Of a stretch of DNA of 55,228 bases, positions 1 through 10,140 are shown piece after piece. Within the stretch, counting starts at the first letter, position 1. Each line of letters begins with the position of its first letter. This DNA is from Candidatus Methylomirabilota bacterium (GTDB lineage Bacteria > Methylomirabilota > Methylomirabilia > Rokubacteriales > CSP1-6). Under the pieces are notes generated by a model. It did not search any database and had not been told where the DNA came from. It was given only the letters and a program-made list of their open reading frames with translations. Position numbers and translations under genes: made by a program. The stretch covers positions 1-55,228 of the forward strand of contig DATFWA010000296.1 in the NCBI GenBank assembly GCA_035259825.1, read 5' to 3'.

Positions 1-1013
1 CGGATCAACGCGTACGCAGTGTCGCCGCCGGTGACCGCCACGAGATCAGGCGCGGCGGCCTCGAGGATCTCGGTCGCGGTTTGCGCGAGGCTCCGCAAGA
101 TGTCCTCCCGGGACACCGGTGTCGTCACGCTCGCCACCACCGCGGGGCGGCCGCTCGCCAGCGCCGCGATGGCCGGAGCGGGATCGGTATGGCTCTGCGA
201 GCCGGCGACCACCACCGGCACCGACAGGGCCGCGCCTTCGACGTAGGCACGGCTGGTGGGATGCAGGCTGCCGACCACGATGAGCCATGCGTGCCCGTGC
301 GGCAGCGGCACGATGGGCACGCCACCGCCGAGTGCGCGGCTCAGGGCCCGCCCGAGACCCGCCGATCCCGCGACGAGCGTGCGGGAGACGGTCAGTGCGG
401 CCTCGGCGAGGCCCACCAGATCGGCGTCGGTCTCCGCGTCGGCCGCGACCACCGCGCCTCGGTGCTGCTCGAGCAGGTGCGCGACCTTCTCGCGGCCGGC
501 GCGGACGTGGTCCAGGCGGAGCCGGGCGACGGGACGCACGCCCGCGAGCAGGCCCACCATGTCCGAGGTGGCGGCGCGAAACGCGGGATCGCGGCCGATC
601 GGAGACTCGTGAACCGGGACGGAGTCGACCAGGAGACGACCATCGCGAACCACACGTTGCTGAGCGGGGAAGGCCGGACAGACGAGCGCGCCGGAGAAGC
701 CGTGCTCGAGGAGCACGGCCAGCTCGGCAGCCACCGAGCCGCGCATCGTGGAGTCGATCTTCTTGAAGACGTGCCCGGTCGCGAGCCGCTTGCGCAGCCG
801 CTCTGCGCTCGCGCGCACCGCGGCGCCGGCCGCGTCGGGGGGCAGAATCCGGCTCTCGGTATCGACGGTGATCACCGGCCGGTCCGAGGACGACAGATCG
901 GGCTCGGCGATCACCCCGACCGGCCCGGCTCCCGCGAACAGGCAGCCGGTGTCGCAGGCCCCGGTCAGGTCATCGGCGACGATCGTGACAACCTGGGATG
1001 CGCTTGCCGCCAT
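1..1013 (-). CDS. four-carbon acid sugar kinase family protein (DUF1537, OtnK/DtnK-like); N-terminal 337 codons, C-terminus lies beyond the window edge
   Basis: Absent from the ORF track because there is no stop in the window. Manual minus-strand translation from ATG (1013-1011) gives MAASASQVVTIVADDLTGACDTGCLFAGAG...FKKIDSTMRGSV...VAVTGGDTAYALI and stays open to position 1. The ADDLTGA and KIDSTxRG motifs are typical of this kinase family. Confidence 0.7.
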   Translation of the reverse strand, partial: MAASASQVVTIVADDLTGACDTGCLFAGAGPVGVIAEPDLSSSDRPVITVDTESRILPPDAAGAAVRASAERLRKRLATGHVFKKIDSTMRGSVAAELAVLLEHGFSGALVCPAFPAQQRVVRDGRLLVDSVPVHESPIGRDPAFRAATSDMVGLLAGVRPVARLRLDHVRAGREKVAHLLEQHRGAVVAADAETDADLVGLAEAALTVSRTLVAGSAGLGRALSRALGGGVPIVPLPHGHAWLIVVGSLHPTSRAYVEGAALSVPVVVAGSQSHTDPAPAIAALASGRPAVVASVTTPVSREDILRSLAQTATEILEAAAPDLVAVTGGDTAYALI

Positions 1014-1099
1014 GAGTGGACCACCGTATCACGGAATCCGCGGCTCCCGGACCGGGCCCGACGCGGTGGGTCGGCGGGGGCGCGGTGTATACTGCCTCG

Positions 1100-1648
1100 G
1101 TGAAATATCGCCTCGTCGTGGCGCTGCTGATCCTCGCGGCCGCGCTGGCGTGGGCCTGGCTCCCGAGCCGTGAGGGGATGTCCGCCGAGGATCCGGTGGC
1201 GGCGCTCTCGCTGATCCGCCCCAAGCCGGTCAAGGACGCGCCCGAGTTCCAGGTGCGCACGCCCGACGATCAGACGATACGGCTCGCGGACCTCCGCGGC
1301 AAGGTCGTGTTCCTCAACTTCTGGGCCACGTGGTGCGAGCCGTGCCGGGAGGAGATGCCCAGCATGGAGCGTCTGCATCGCGCCTACAAGGATCGCGGCC
1401 TGGTGGTGCTGGCCATCTCGCTCGACGCGCAGGGCGCGAGCGTGGTGAACCCGTTCGTGAAGAAGTTCGCGATCACGTTCCCGGTCGGACTCGATCCCAA
1501 GATGGCGGTGCGCGAGACCTACGGGGTGTGGGCGGTGCCGTCGACCTTCCTCATCGACAAGCAGGGCAAGCGGGTGCTGTTCGCCAACGGGGCGCGTGAG
1601 TGGGACGGCAAGGCGGCCCACGCGGTGATCGAGTCGCTGCTGAAATGA
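1100..1648 (+). CDS. TlpA/ResA-family thiol:disulfide oxidoreductase (thioredoxin fold, membrane anchored)
   Basis: Contains FLNFWATWCEPCREEMP (WCxxC redoxin motif) and an N-terminal hydrophobic anchor VKYRLVVALLILAAALAWAWL. GTG 1100 is preferred over ATG 1016, which would abut the divergent kinase start at 1013. Confidence 0.85.
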   Translation: MKYRLVVALLILAAALAWAWLPSREGMSAEDPVAALSLIRPKPVKDAPEFQVRTPDDQTIRLADLRGKVVFLNFWATWCEPCREEMPSMERLHRAYKDRGLVVLAISLDAQGASVVNPFVKKFAITFPVGLDPKMAVRETYGVWAVPSTFLIDKQGKRVLFANGAREWDGKAAHAVIESLLK

Positions 1649-2382
1649 GCGAGTCCCTCGGCGTCCTGGTGGCCTTCTCGGCGGGGTTGTTTTCGTTCCT
1701 CTCGCCCTGCGTGCTGCCGCTGTTCCCGTCGTATCTCTCGTTCATCACCGGGATGTCGGTCGACCGGCTCACTCACGAGGTCAGCGCGGGGGCGCGCACG
1801 CGCGTGCTCCTGCACTCGGTGGCCTTCATCGTCGGCTTCAGCGTGGTCTTCGTGAGCTTGGGCGCGTCCTTCAGCGCCGCGGGCCAGTTCCTGCTCGACT
1901 ACCGGGACTGGATCCGGATCGGCGGCGGCGTCCTGATCATCGTCTTCGGGCTCTACATCGCGGGGGTGCTCCGCATCGGGATCTTCGGGCGGACGCAGCA
2001 GATGCAGATCCGGAGCAAGCCGGCCGGGCTGATCGGCTCCTTCCTGGTCGGCTTGACCTTCGCGATCGGCTGGACGCCCTGCGTGGGACCGATCCTCGGC
2101 TCCATCCTGACCCTCGCCAGCAATGACAAGACGATCGGGCAGGGGATCACTCTGCTGCTCTCCTATTCCGCCGGTCTCGGGCTGCCGTTCCTCCTCTCCT
2201 CGATAGCGCTGGGCGCGTTCCTGCGCTTCTTCAAGCGCTACCGCCCGTTCATCCCGACCGTCGAGCGTGCCGCCGGCGTGCTGCTCGTGGTGGTAGGCAT
2301 CCTCGTCGCCACCAACTACTACGTGTTGCTGAACTCCTGGGCCATCAGCCTCACTCCCGAGTGGCTGCTGAAGCGCCTCTAA
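1645..2382 (+). CDS. ccdA: cytochrome c biogenesis / thiol-reductant transporter CcdA (DsbD transmembrane-domain family)
   Basis: MSESLGVLVAFSAGLFSFLSPCVLPLFPSYLSF with a second conserved WTPCVGPILG. It is a multi-TM protein. ATGA start/stop overlap with the upstream tlpA-like gene. Confidence 0.85.
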   Translation: MSESLGVLVAFSAGLFSFLSPCVLPLFPSYLSFITGMSVDRLTHEVSAGARTRVLLHSVAFIVGFSVVFVSLGASFSAAGQFLLDYRDWIRIGGGVLIIVFGLYIAGVLRIGIFGRTQQMQIRSKPAGLIGSFLVGLTFAIGWTPCVGPILGSILTLASNDKTIGQGITLLLSYSAGLGLPFLLSSIALGAFLRFFKRYRPFIPTVERAAGVLLVVVGILVATNYYVLLNSWAISLTPEWLLKRL

Positions 2383-2401
2383 CCCCAGCAGGAGGTCAGG
2401 C

Positions 2402-2680
2402 ATGATCGTCAACCGGGTCGGTCCCCTGTCCTGCGCAAAGGTCGTCGGCCTGCTCTACGTCATCCTCGGGCTGATCATGGGCGCCTTCGTCTCGCTGTTC
2501 GCGGTGACGATGGGAGGTGTCCCGGGTCGCGACCCGGGCAACCCCGTCTTCGGCATGGCCGCGGTCGTGTTCTTCCCGGTGCTCTACGGCGTGGCGGGCT
2601 TCGTGACGACCCTGATCGCAGCCTGGCTCTACAACGGCCTGGCCGGGCTGGTCGGCGGAGTCGAGATCGACCTGCGCTGA
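2402..2680 (+). CDS. small hydrophobic membrane protein, function unknown
   Basis: 92 aa with 2-3 predicted TM segments. AGGAGG Shine-Dalgarno 8 nt upstream. Co-directional with ccdA. Confidence 0.5.
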   Translation: MIVNRVGPLSCAKVVGLLYVILGLIMGAFVSLFAVTMGGVPGRDPGNPVFGMAAVVFFPVLYGVAGFVTTLIAAWLYNGLAGLVGGVEIDLR

Positions 2681-2714
2681 GCGCGTTGGCTCCAGGCTCT
2701 CCGCGGTCGGCCCG

Positions 2715-3389
2715 TCACGGCAGGCTGGCGATCCAGCGAGCGATCAGGTCCTGGACCCGCTCGAACACCTCGTCCTGCCGGAGTGGACCGCGCCGGGCCA
2801 CCTTGAACGAGTGATCGCCGCCCTCGACCACGTGGATCGTCGCTGCCTCGAGCGGCGCGAGGAAGGGCCGCAGCTCCTCGGGCGTGCCGAAGGCATCGCG
2901 CTCGCCCTGCACCACCAGTAGGGGCTGACGGATGCGCGCCAGGTGCTCGACGCGCAGCTGGTCCGGCCTACCCGGCGGATGCAACGGATACCCCAGCACC
3001 ACGACGCCGGCCAGATCCGCGAGCCCCTGAGCGGCCAGGTGAGTGGCCATGCGGCCGCCCATCGACTTGCCGCCGATCACCAACCTGGGTTCCGCCAGCT
3101 CCGTCCGAGTCCGGACCGCGGTGACCACGTCACGGAAGCAGGCCTCGAGCACCGGCGCCCGATCCGGCAGCCGCCGTCGCTGCTCGGTGTACGGGAAGTT
3201 GAACGTGACTGCGTGGCAGCCGCGGCGGGCCAGCGCCTGCGCGAAGTCCACCATGAAGGCGCTGGTCTGAGGCAGTCCAGCTCCGTGGGCGAGGACCACG
3301 GTGGCAATCGCCTGCGCCGCATGCGGAGGCGGGTACACGAGCGCGGTCACGGACGAGTCGCCGACCGCTACCTGCATCGACTCGGGCAC
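2715..3389 (-). CDS. alpha/beta hydrolase (dienelactone hydrolase / COG3571-like)
   Basis: GGKSMGGR nucleophile elbow, VLAHGAG, and C-terminal GGDHSF. Last gene of the 2-oxoacid dehydrogenase operon. Confidence 0.75.
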   Translation of the reverse strand: MPESMQVAVGDSSVTALVYPPPHAAQAIATVVLAHGAGLPQTSAFMVDFAQALARRGCHAVTFNFPYTEQRRRLPDRAPVLEACFRDVVTAVRTRTELAEPRLVIGGKSMGGRMATHLAAQGLADLAGVVVLGYPLHPPGRPDQLRVEHLARIRQPLLVVQGERDAFGTPEELRPFLAPLEAATIHVVEGGDHSFKVARRGPLRQDEVFERVQDLIARWIASLP

Positions 3390-3398
3390 GGCGGTGCC

Positions 3399-4790
3399 CT
3401 AGCCGAGAAGGTTCTCGGCCGCCTCCATCAGAGTCTCGGACAAGGTCGGGTGCGCGTGGATGGTGGCCGCCACGTCCTCGACGAGGGCGGCCGTCTCGAC
3501 CGCCAGCGTGGCCTCCGCGATCAGCTCGCCCGCGCCGGGACCGACGATGCCCATGCCGATGACGCGGCCGGACCGGGCATCCGCGACCAGCTTGGTAAGC
3601 CCGTCCGAGCGGCCGATCGTCGCGGCGCGGCCGGACGCGGCCCACTGAAATTTCGAGACCTTGGGCTCGATGCCCTGCGCCTTGGCCTGAGCTTCGCTGA
3701 GCCCACACCAGGCGATCTCGGGATCTGTGAAGACGACGGCCGGGATCGCCACGTTGTCGAACGCGGAGGGTTGACCGGCCAGGGCTTCGGCGGCCACCTT
3801 GCCCTGGCGCATCGCTCGATGGGCGAGCATCGGCTCTCCGGTGACGTCGCCCACCGCGTAGATGTGGGGGTCGTCAGTGCGGCAGCGATCGTCCACCTGG
3901 ATGAACCCCGTCCGATCGGCCAGGCGCACGCGGGTGGTCTCGAGGCCCAGCCCGGCGCTCTGCGCGCGCCGCCCAACCGCGATCAGCACGCGGTCGAAGC
4001 GCTGGGCGCCCTGGCCCTCCAGGTCCGCCTCGATCCCAGCGCCCGCCTCGCGCAGGGCGGTGACCTTCGTCTTCAGGTGGAGCGCGGTGAAGAGCTTCTC
4101 CACCCGTCGCTGGAGCGGCTGGACGAGGTCGCGGTCAACACCGGGCAGGAGGCCGTCGGTCATCTCGACGAGGGTCACCTGGCTGCCCAGGGTGGCGTAG
4201 ACCGTGCCCATCTCGAGGCCGATGTAGCCGCCGCCGATGACTAGGAGGCGCTCCGGGATGTCGGGCAGGTCGAGGGCGGCCGTCGAGTCCATCACGCGCT
4301 CGCTTGCGAGCCTCACGCCGGGGAGCCCGCTCGGCTGCGAGCCGGTGGCCACGATGGCGTGCTTGAAGCGGACCTTCCGCAAGGCGTCGCCACCCTCGAT
4401 GCGAAGTGTGGTCGAGTCCTCGAAGACGCCGCGCCCGCCCACCACCTCCACCTTCTTCGCGCGGGCCACCGAGGCGAGGCCGCGAGCGAGCTTGCCGACC
4501 ACACGCTCCTGTTTCCACTTCCGGAGTGGGTCGAGGGAGACGCGCGGCTCGCCGAAGTCGACGCCGAACTCCTTCGCGCGCTCCGCCTCGTTCAGCACCG
4601 CGGCCACGTGCAGGAGCGCCTTGCTGGGGATGCAGCCTTCGAAGAGGCAGGCGCCGCCGAGGCGGCTCGCCGCATCGATCACCACCGTCTCGAGGCCCAG
4701 GTCGGCGCAGCGGAACGCAGCCGAGTAGCCGCCCGGTCCGCCGCCCAGCACGGCCACCTCGACCTCGTCCACCAGATCACCCATGACCAT
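3399..4790 (-). CDS. lpdA: dihydrolipoyl dehydrogenase (E3)
   Basis: GGGPGGY FAD motif, redox disulfide CLFEGCIPSK, and C-terminal HAHPTLSE. Confidence 0.95.
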   Translation of the reverse strand: MVMGDLVDEVEVAVLGGGPGGYSAAFRCADLGLETVVIDAASRLGGACLFEGCIPSKALLHVAAVLNEAERAKEFGVDFGEPRVSLDPLRKWKQERVVGKLARGLASVARAKKVEVVGGRGVFEDSTTLRIEGGDALRKVRFKHAIVATGSQPSGLPGVRLASERVMDSTAALDLPDIPERLLVIGGGYIGLEMGTVYATLGSQVTLVEMTDGLLPGVDRDLVQPLQRRVEKLFTALHLKTKVTALREAGAGIEADLEGQGAQRFDRVLIAVGRRAQSAGLGLETTRVRLADRTGFIQVDDRCRTDDPHIYAVGDVTGEPMLAHRAMRQGKVAAEALAGQPSAFDNVAIPAVVFTDPEIAWCGLSEAQAKAQGIEPKVSKFQWAASGRAATIGRSDGLTKLVADARSGRVIGMGIVGPGAGELIAEATLAVETAALVEDVAATIHAHPTLSETLMEAAENLLG

Positions 4791-4793
4791 CGG

Positions 4794-6107
4794 CTACCAC
4801 TCCCAGAGCAGGCGCTCGGGCGCCTCGAGCCGCTGCACGATGTCGGTGGCGAGGCGCGCGCCGTCCGCCCCGTCGGCGATGCGGTGATCGAAGGTCAGCG
4901 TCAGCGGCAGGATCAACCGGGGTACGATCTGGGCTCCGCGCACCACCGGCTCCTGCCGGGCCCGGGCTACGCCGAGGATGGCGACTTCCGGATAGTTGAT
5001 GATCGGGATCGCGGCGGTGCCGCCGAGCGCGCCGATGTTGGTGATGGTGAAGGTGCCCCCGCGCAGATCCTCCAGCGTGGCCTTGCCCTCGCGAACCCGC
5101 TGGGCGAGCGCGCCGAGCTCGCGGGCCACCTCCAGCAGTGGCTTTCGATCGACGTCGCGCAGCACCGGCACGATGAGGCCGCGCTCGGTCGCCACCGCCA
5201 CGCCGAGGTGGTAATAGCGCTTGAGGATCATCTCGCCGGCGGCCGGGTCGAGGCTCGCGTTGAACTGGGGATGGTTCCGCAACGCCAGCGCAGCCGCCTT
5301 GAGCAGGAAACCGGTCAGCGTCAGCGTGACACCCTGGGCGCGCGCGGCCTCGAGGTTGCGGGTGATGATCGCGTCCAGGTCCGTGATGTCCGCGCGGTCG
5401 AAGTGCGTGACGTGCGGGATCAGCGTGGCGGACAACGTCATGCGCTCCGCGATGGTTCGCCGGAGATGCGACAGGGGCGCGCGCTCGACGGGTCCCCACT
5501 GTTCGAAGCGCGGCAGGGGCGGCGGCTCGAGGCCGACACTGGCCAGCGGTTTTGCCGGTCCACCGGGCGTAGCCGGTTTCGCACGATCCGCCCGCGCCGC
5601 GACGGCAGGCTGGCCGGGGCGACCGCCTGCAGCGGCGCGCACATCATCGTCCAGGATCCGACCGCCGGGACCGGTGCCGCGCACGCCCTGGAGCGCGACG
5701 CCAAGCTCGCGGGCGAGTCGGCGCGTGGCCGGGGTGGCGGCCACGGGACCCGCGGCGGAAACCGGGGCCGCGGGCAGTTGAGCCGGTGCCGGGCTCCGGG
5801 ATGGCGCGGCCGCGGGCTTCGGAGCCGCTGCGTGGCCGGAGGGCGTCGCGGCGGGTCGGGCCGGGGCGCCGTCATCGGCGAACGTCACCAGTACGGTGCC
5901 GACCTTCACGGTCTGGCCCGGCGACACGTGGATCTTCTCGACCCGGCCGCCCATCGGGGATGGGATCTCCACCTGGGCCTTGTCAGTCTCGACTTCGAGC
6001 AGCGGCGCGTCCTCGGCGATGACATCGCCTTCGCGCACGAGGACGGCGACGATCTCCGCCTCGGTCAAGCCCTCCCCGAGGTCAGGCAGTGCAAAGGGCC
6101 TGGACAT
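4794..6107 (-). CDS. dihydrolipoamide acyltransferase (E2) of a 2-oxoacid dehydrogenase complex
   Basis: Lipoyl domain LLEVETDKAQVEIPSP, Ala/Pro linker, subunit-binding PATRRLARELGV, and catalytic DHRIADG. Confidence 0.93.
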   Translation of the reverse strand: MSRPFALPDLGEGLTEAEIVAVLVREGDVIAEDAPLLEVETDKAQVEIPSPMGGRVEKIHVSPGQTVKVGTVLVTFADDGAPARPAATPSGHAAAPKPAAAPSRSPAPAQLPAAPVSAAGPVAATPATRRLARELGVALQGVRGTGPGGRILDDDVRAAAGGRPGQPAVAARADRAKPATPGGPAKPLASVGLEPPPLPRFEQWGPVERAPLSHLRRTIAERMTLSATLIPHVTHFDRADITDLDAIITRNLEAARAQGVTLTLTGFLLKAAALALRNHPQFNASLDPAAGEMILKRYYHLGVAVATERGLIVPVLRDVDRKPLLEVARELGALAQRVREGKATLEDLRGGTFTITNIGALGGTAAIPIINYPEVAILGVARARQEPVVRGAQIVPRLILPLTLTFDHRIADGADGARLATDIVQRLEAPERLLWEW

Positions 6108-6114
6108 AAGAAGA

Positions 6115-7095
6115 TTAGAACTTCAGGGTCTCGCGGCAGGCGGCCAGCAGCCGGGGAACGTCGGGCAGGTTGGCGCGCTCGCGGGCAAAGCCCACGAACG
6201 GCACGTCGTGGGCGGTGACCCGGAGGATCGGCGCCTCGAGCGACAGGAACGCGCCCTCCATGATCGACGTGGCGATCTCCGCGCCCGGGCCAAAGCTCTT
6301 GGGGGCCTCGTGCACGATGACCGCCCGTCCGGTCTTGCGGACCGACGCGGCCAGGGTCTCGCGGTCGGGCGGAGAGATCGTGAGCAGATCGACGATCTCG
6401 GTCTCGACGCCGTCTTCCTCGTGAAGCCGGTCGGCGGCCTCGCGGGCCACGCGGACCATCGCTCCGTAGGCCACGACGGTCAGATCGTGACCCGGACGGT
6501 CGATCCGCGCCCGACCGATCTCCATCGTCTCGATCTCGTCGGGCACGTCCTCCTTGGCCGCGTGATAGAGGGCCTTGGCCTCGAAGAAGATGACCGGATC
6601 GGGATCGCGGATCGCCGAGGCCAGGAGCGCCCGGGCGTTGCGGGGCCCAGACGGGATCACCATCTTGAGGCCGGGGATGTGTGCGTAGAACTGCTCCTCG
6701 CTCTCCGAGTGGTGCTCCAGCGCCCGGACACCGCCGCCATACGGCATCCGCACAACCATCTGGCAGCCGAAGCGCCCCTGCGTGCGCATCCGGTAGCGGG
6801 CGGCGTGGTTCTCGATCTGATGGAAGCATTGGAAGGCGAACCCCGAGAACTGGATCTCGCAGATCGGCTTGAGCCCGTAGAGAGCCATGCCCACCGAGGC
6901 TCCGATGATGCCGGCCTCGGCCAGGGGACTGTCCACGACCCGCGTGCTGCCGAACTTCCGGTGCAGATCCTCGGTGACCCGGAACACGCCGCCGTCGACC
7001 CCCACGTCCTCGCCGATGATGAGCACGTCGGGATCGCGCTCCATCTCCTGGAGCAGCGCCAGGTTCAGCGCTTTGACCATGTTCAGCTTCGCCAT
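6115..7095 (-). CDS. 2-oxoacid dehydrogenase E1 component beta subunit
   Basis: MAKLNMVKALNLALLQEMERDPDVLIIGEDVG. The start was chosen at Met-213 of the long track ORF. 13-nt overlap with the E1 alpha stop. Confidence 0.93.
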   Translation of the reverse strand: MAKLNMVKALNLALLQEMERDPDVLIIGEDVGVDGGVFRVTEDLHRKFGSTRVVDSPLAEAGIIGASVGMALYGLKPICEIQFSGFAFQCFHQIENHAARYRMRTQGRFGCQMVVRMPYGGGVRALEHHSESEEQFYAHIPGLKMVIPSGPRNARALLASAIRDPDPVIFFEAKALYHAAKEDVPDEIETMEIGRARIDRPGHDLTVVAYGAMVRVAREAADRLHEEDGVETEIVDLLTISPPDRETLAASVRKTGRAVIVHEAPKSFGPGAEIATSIMEGAFLSLEAPILRVTAHDVPFVGFARERANLPDVPRLLAACRETLKF

Positions 7096-8273
7096 GGCCG
7101 CCTCTGGCCGCGCATGGGCGGACTGGCGGGAGCCGCGTCGTCGCCCCCGGTAGCCGCGCTCTCGTGGGACGGCGGGTCGGGAGCCGCTCCGGCCGGGCGC
7201 TCGCCCGCTGCGTGCTCGAACCGGGCCTGCATCGCAGTCCGCTGCGCTTCCAGCGCGGGCAATCGCTCCGCATAGGCATGGTCGAACATCGTCAAGGGAT
7301 CGGCGCCGGCGGTCGCCTCGAACGAGCGGACCGCGGCGGCGATCTCCCGGTCGACCTGCTCCTCGAGGCCGGGCTCGAGGAGACCGCGCTTCTGCAGGTA
7401 TGCGCTGAAGCGGGTGAGCGGATCCTTCCGCTCCCACGACGCGACCTCCTCGGCCGACCGGTACTTGGTCGGATCGTCCGAGGTCGTGTGCACGCCAAGA
7501 CGATAGGTCACGCACTCGACCAGGGTCGGGCCGTTGCCCTGCCGCGCGCGGCTCACCGCCTCCTGGCTGGCCGCGTACACCGCCAGCACGTCGTTGCCGT
7601 CCACCTGGATGCCGGGGAAGCCGTAGGCCAGGGCCTTCTGGGCGATCGTGCGGGAGTTCGTCTGTTTCTTGAGCGGGATCGAGATGGCCCACTGGTTGTT
7701 CTGGATCACGAACACGACCGGCACGTGCCACACGCCGGCGAAGTTCATCGCCTCGTGGAAGTCGCCCTCCGAGGTCGCACCGTCACCGCAGTACACCATC
7801 ACCACCGCGTCGTCGCCGCGGTACTGCGCCGCGTAGGCCAGGCCCACCGCGTGCGGAAGCTGGGTGCTGACCGGGATACACACCGGCAGGTCGTGCTGGT
7901 CCGCCGTGGGCTGGCCGCCTTCGAGATACCCGGCGAAGAAGAGCAGCATCTTCTCCATCGGCCACCCGCGCCAGAGCATCGACGCGGTCTCGCGGAACGA
8001 GGGGACCATCCAGTCGGTCCGGCGCAAGGTTGCCACGCTCCCGAGCTGCGCGGCCTCCTGACCTTTGATGGGCGCGAAGGTGCCGATGCGCCCCTGGCGC
8101 TGGAGCCGCAGCATGCGCTCGTCGAAGCGGCGCGCCAGCACCATCGACCGGTAGAGCCGCTTGAGCTCGTCGGGGGGAATCGGGGGCTCGACGGCGGAAT
8201 CCAGGTTGCCGTCGGCGTCTAGGACGGACAGGTGCTCGACCGTGAACTGCGGCTCGATGTTGGTCCTCGGCAT
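7083..8273 (-). CDS. 2-oxoacid (pyruvate/branched-chain type) dehydrogenase E1 component alpha subunit, TPP-dependent
   Basis: YCGDGATSEGDFHEAMNFA TPP-binding motif and heterotetrameric E1 architecture. It has a low-complexity C-terminal tail. Confidence 0.92.
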   Translation of the reverse strand: MPRTNIEPQFTVEHLSVLDADGNLDSAVEPPIPPDELKRLYRSMVLARRFDERMLRLQRQGRIGTFAPIKGQEAAQLGSVATLRRTDWMVPSFRETASMLWRGWPMEKMLLFFAGYLEGGQPTADQHDLPVCIPVSTQLPHAVGLAYAAQYRGDDAVVMVYCGDGATSEGDFHEAMNFAGVWHVPVVFVIQNNQWAISIPLKKQTNSRTIAQKALAYGFPGIQVDGNDVLAVYAASQEAVSRARQGNGPTLVECVTYRLGVHTTSDDPTKYRSAEEVASWERKDPLTRFSAYLQKRGLLEPGLEEQVDREIAAAVRSFEATAGADPLTMFDHAYAERLPALEAQRTAMQARFEHAAGERPAGAAPDPPSHESAATGGDDAAPASPPMRGQRRPWRS

Positions 8274-8346
8274 GAGGGCGCCCGTGCACGCATTCTACCT
8301 CCGGATGCATCTAGGCGCGTCCTCGGAAAGCGGGTATTCTCCCGCC

Positions 8347-9258
8347 ATGCGCGTCCGGGTTCGTGTGCCGGCCACTTCGGCCAATCTCGGGCCGGGATTC
8401 GACGCGCTCGGCCTCGCGCTGGCGCTTCACAACGAGGTCATCGCCGAGGCCGCCGCCGACGTGACGGTCTCGATCGATGGCGAGGGCCGCGGCCGGCTCG
8501 ACGATGGCGCGAAGAATCTCGTGGCGCGCGCGGTGGCCCTCGCGCACGAGGTCGCCGGCCGACCCTTTCACGGCGCCCGCCTCCGCTGCATCAACCGGAT
8601 CCCGCTCAGCCGCGGCCTCGGCTCGAGCGCCGCCGCCTGGGTGGGGGGACTGCTCGCCGCCAATGCGCTGATGGGCGAGCCACTCGATCGAGAGGCCCTG
8701 TTGACCGTCGCCGCCCGGGCCGAGGGCCATCCCGACAACGTGGCCGCCGCGCTGCTCGGCGGGCTCACGGTGTCCTGCGCCGATGGCGTGCGGGTCACCG
8801 CGGTGAGTCTTCGGGCCCCGAGCGAGATCGAGTGGGTGGTGCTCCTCCCCGAGACCGAGAGCTCCACCCGCGAAGCCCGGGCGGTCCTGCCCGACACGCT
8901 CGCGCGCGCGGACGCGGTCTTCAACGTGCAGCGGGTGAGCCTGCTGCTCGCAGCCCTCGCGGGCGGCCGCGCCGACCTGCTCGACCGGGCCATGCAGGAC
9001 CGGCTGCACCAGCCCTATCGCCAGCGCCTGTTCCCATGGATGGAGGCGATCGCGACCGCGGGTCGCCGGGCCGGCGCGCTCGGCTGCGTCCTGAGCGGAG
9101 CGGGGCCCTCGATGCTGGCCGCGGTGCGGCAGCGCGACGGCGGGGCGGTGGCCGAAGCGATGGAGCGCGCCCTCCGGGCCGCCGGAATCGGCGGCCGGGC
9201 GATCGCGTTACCCGTCGATCCGGTCGGCGCGACGTGGGAACAGGTGTCCGAGACTTGA
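8347..9258 (+). CDS. thrB: homoserine kinase
   Basis: [25 protein letters not shown] and GHMP kinase motif [11 protein letters not shown]. Confidence 0.9.
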   Translation: MRVRVRVPATSANLGPGFDALGLALALHNEVIAEAAADVTVSIDGEGRGRLDDGAKNLVARAVALAHEVAGRPFHGARLRCINRIPLSRGLGSSAAAWVGGLLAANALMGEPLDREALLTVAARAEGHPDNVAAALLGGLTVSCADGVRVTAVSLRAPSEIEWVVLLPETESSTREARAVLPDTLARADAVFNVQRVSLLLAALAGGRADLLDRAMQDRLHQPYRQRLFPWMEAIATAGRRAGALGCVLSGAGPSMLAAVRQRDGGAVAEAMERALRAAGIGGRAIALPVDPVGATWEQVSET

Positions 9259-9301
9259 CTCTCGCTCGAGGCAGGCAGTACGATCGATCCAAGGTGTATC
9301 C

Positions 9302-9853
9302 GTGATCAAGAGCGACCGCTGGATCAGGCGGATGGCCGTCGAGAAGGGGATGATCAAGCCCTTCGAGGATCGGCAGGTGCGCAAGGGGTCGATCTCGTAC
9401 GGCCTGTCGTCCTACGGCTACGACATCCGGATCGCGGACGAGTTCAAGATCTTCACCAACATCAACACCACCATCGTGGATCCAAAAAGTTTCGATCCGC
9501 GATCCTTCGTGGACTACCAGGGTGACGTGGCGCTGATCCCGCCCAATTCCTTCGCCCTGGGTCGCTCCGTGGAGTACTTCAAGATCCCGCGCAACGTCCT
9601 CACCATCTGCGTGGGCAAGTCCACCTACGCGCGGTGCGGCATCATCACCAACGTGACGCCCTTCGAGCCGGAGTGGGAGGGCTACGTCACGCTGGAGATC
9701 AGCAACACCACGCCGCTGCCCGCGAAGATCTACGCCAACGAGGGCATCGCGCAGGTCCTGTTCTTCGAATCGGACGAGGCCTGCGAGACGTCATATGCAG
9801 ACAGGCAGGGGAAGTACCAGGGCCAGCAGGGGATCGTCCTCCCCACGGTCTAG
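9302..9853 (+). CDS. dcd: dCTP deaminase
   Basis: [12 protein letters not shown]...[13 protein letters not shown]...[11 protein letters not shown]...[11 protein letters not shown] start. Confidence 0.92.
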   Translation: MIKSDRWIRRMAVEKGMIKPFEDRQVRKGSISYGLSSYGYDIRIADEFKIFTNINTTIVDPKSFDPRSFVDYQGDVALIPPNSFALGRSVEYFKIPRNVLTICVGKSTYARCGIITNVTPFEPEWEGYVTLEISNTTPLPAKIYANEGIAQVLFFESDEACETSYADRQGKYQGQQGIVLPTV

Positions 9854-9898
9854 GTCCTGACGCCGGCCTCGCTGACCGGGGCCAGGAGGTGACGTGCC

Positions 9899-10105
9899 AT
9901 GGCTGAGCAGAAGAAGAAGGAGACGAGGCCAACCAAGCCTTCCGAAGGCGGGGGCGAGGAAGGCGGGGCGGGCAGTGCCGAGCTGAGCAAGAAGGGCAAG
10001 AAGATCAAGGAAGAGCTCGACAACCTGCTCGACGAGATCGACGACATTCTCGAGGAGAACGCCGAGGAGTTCGTCAAGAGCTACGTGCAGCGCGGCGGGC
10101 AGTAG
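9899..10105 (+). CDS. pup: prokaryotic ubiquitin-like protein Pup
   Basis: 68 aa with a disordered Gly/Glu-rich N-terminus. The C-terminal half is ELDNLLDEIDDILEENAEEFVKSYVQRGGQ, ending in the characteristic GGQ. AGGAGG Shine-Dalgarno lies 9 nt upstream. Confidence 0.9.
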   Translation: MAEQKKKETRPTKPSEGGGEEGGAGSAELSKKGKKIKEELDNLLDEIDDILEENAEEFVKSYVQRGGQ

Positions 10106-10140
10106 ACCCGCCGGCTGACGTCAGGGAGAGCTGGGGAACG

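Noticed and set aside
81-8222. Long ORFs in the track that overlap real genes in other frames or on the other strand. Examples are 81-1103, 2943-4244, 4359-6218, 5896-7275, 6065-7279 and 7164-8222. The same pattern recurs elsewhere, for example the 5' two-thirds of 12499-13956, and 20076-21815, 25651-26886, 31632-32687, 37865-39115 and 42921-44468.
   Set aside because: Their translations are Arg/Gly/Pro/His-rich with no recognisable motifs, and each overlaps a gene with clear family signatures. These are typical shadow ORFs of very GC-rich DNA.
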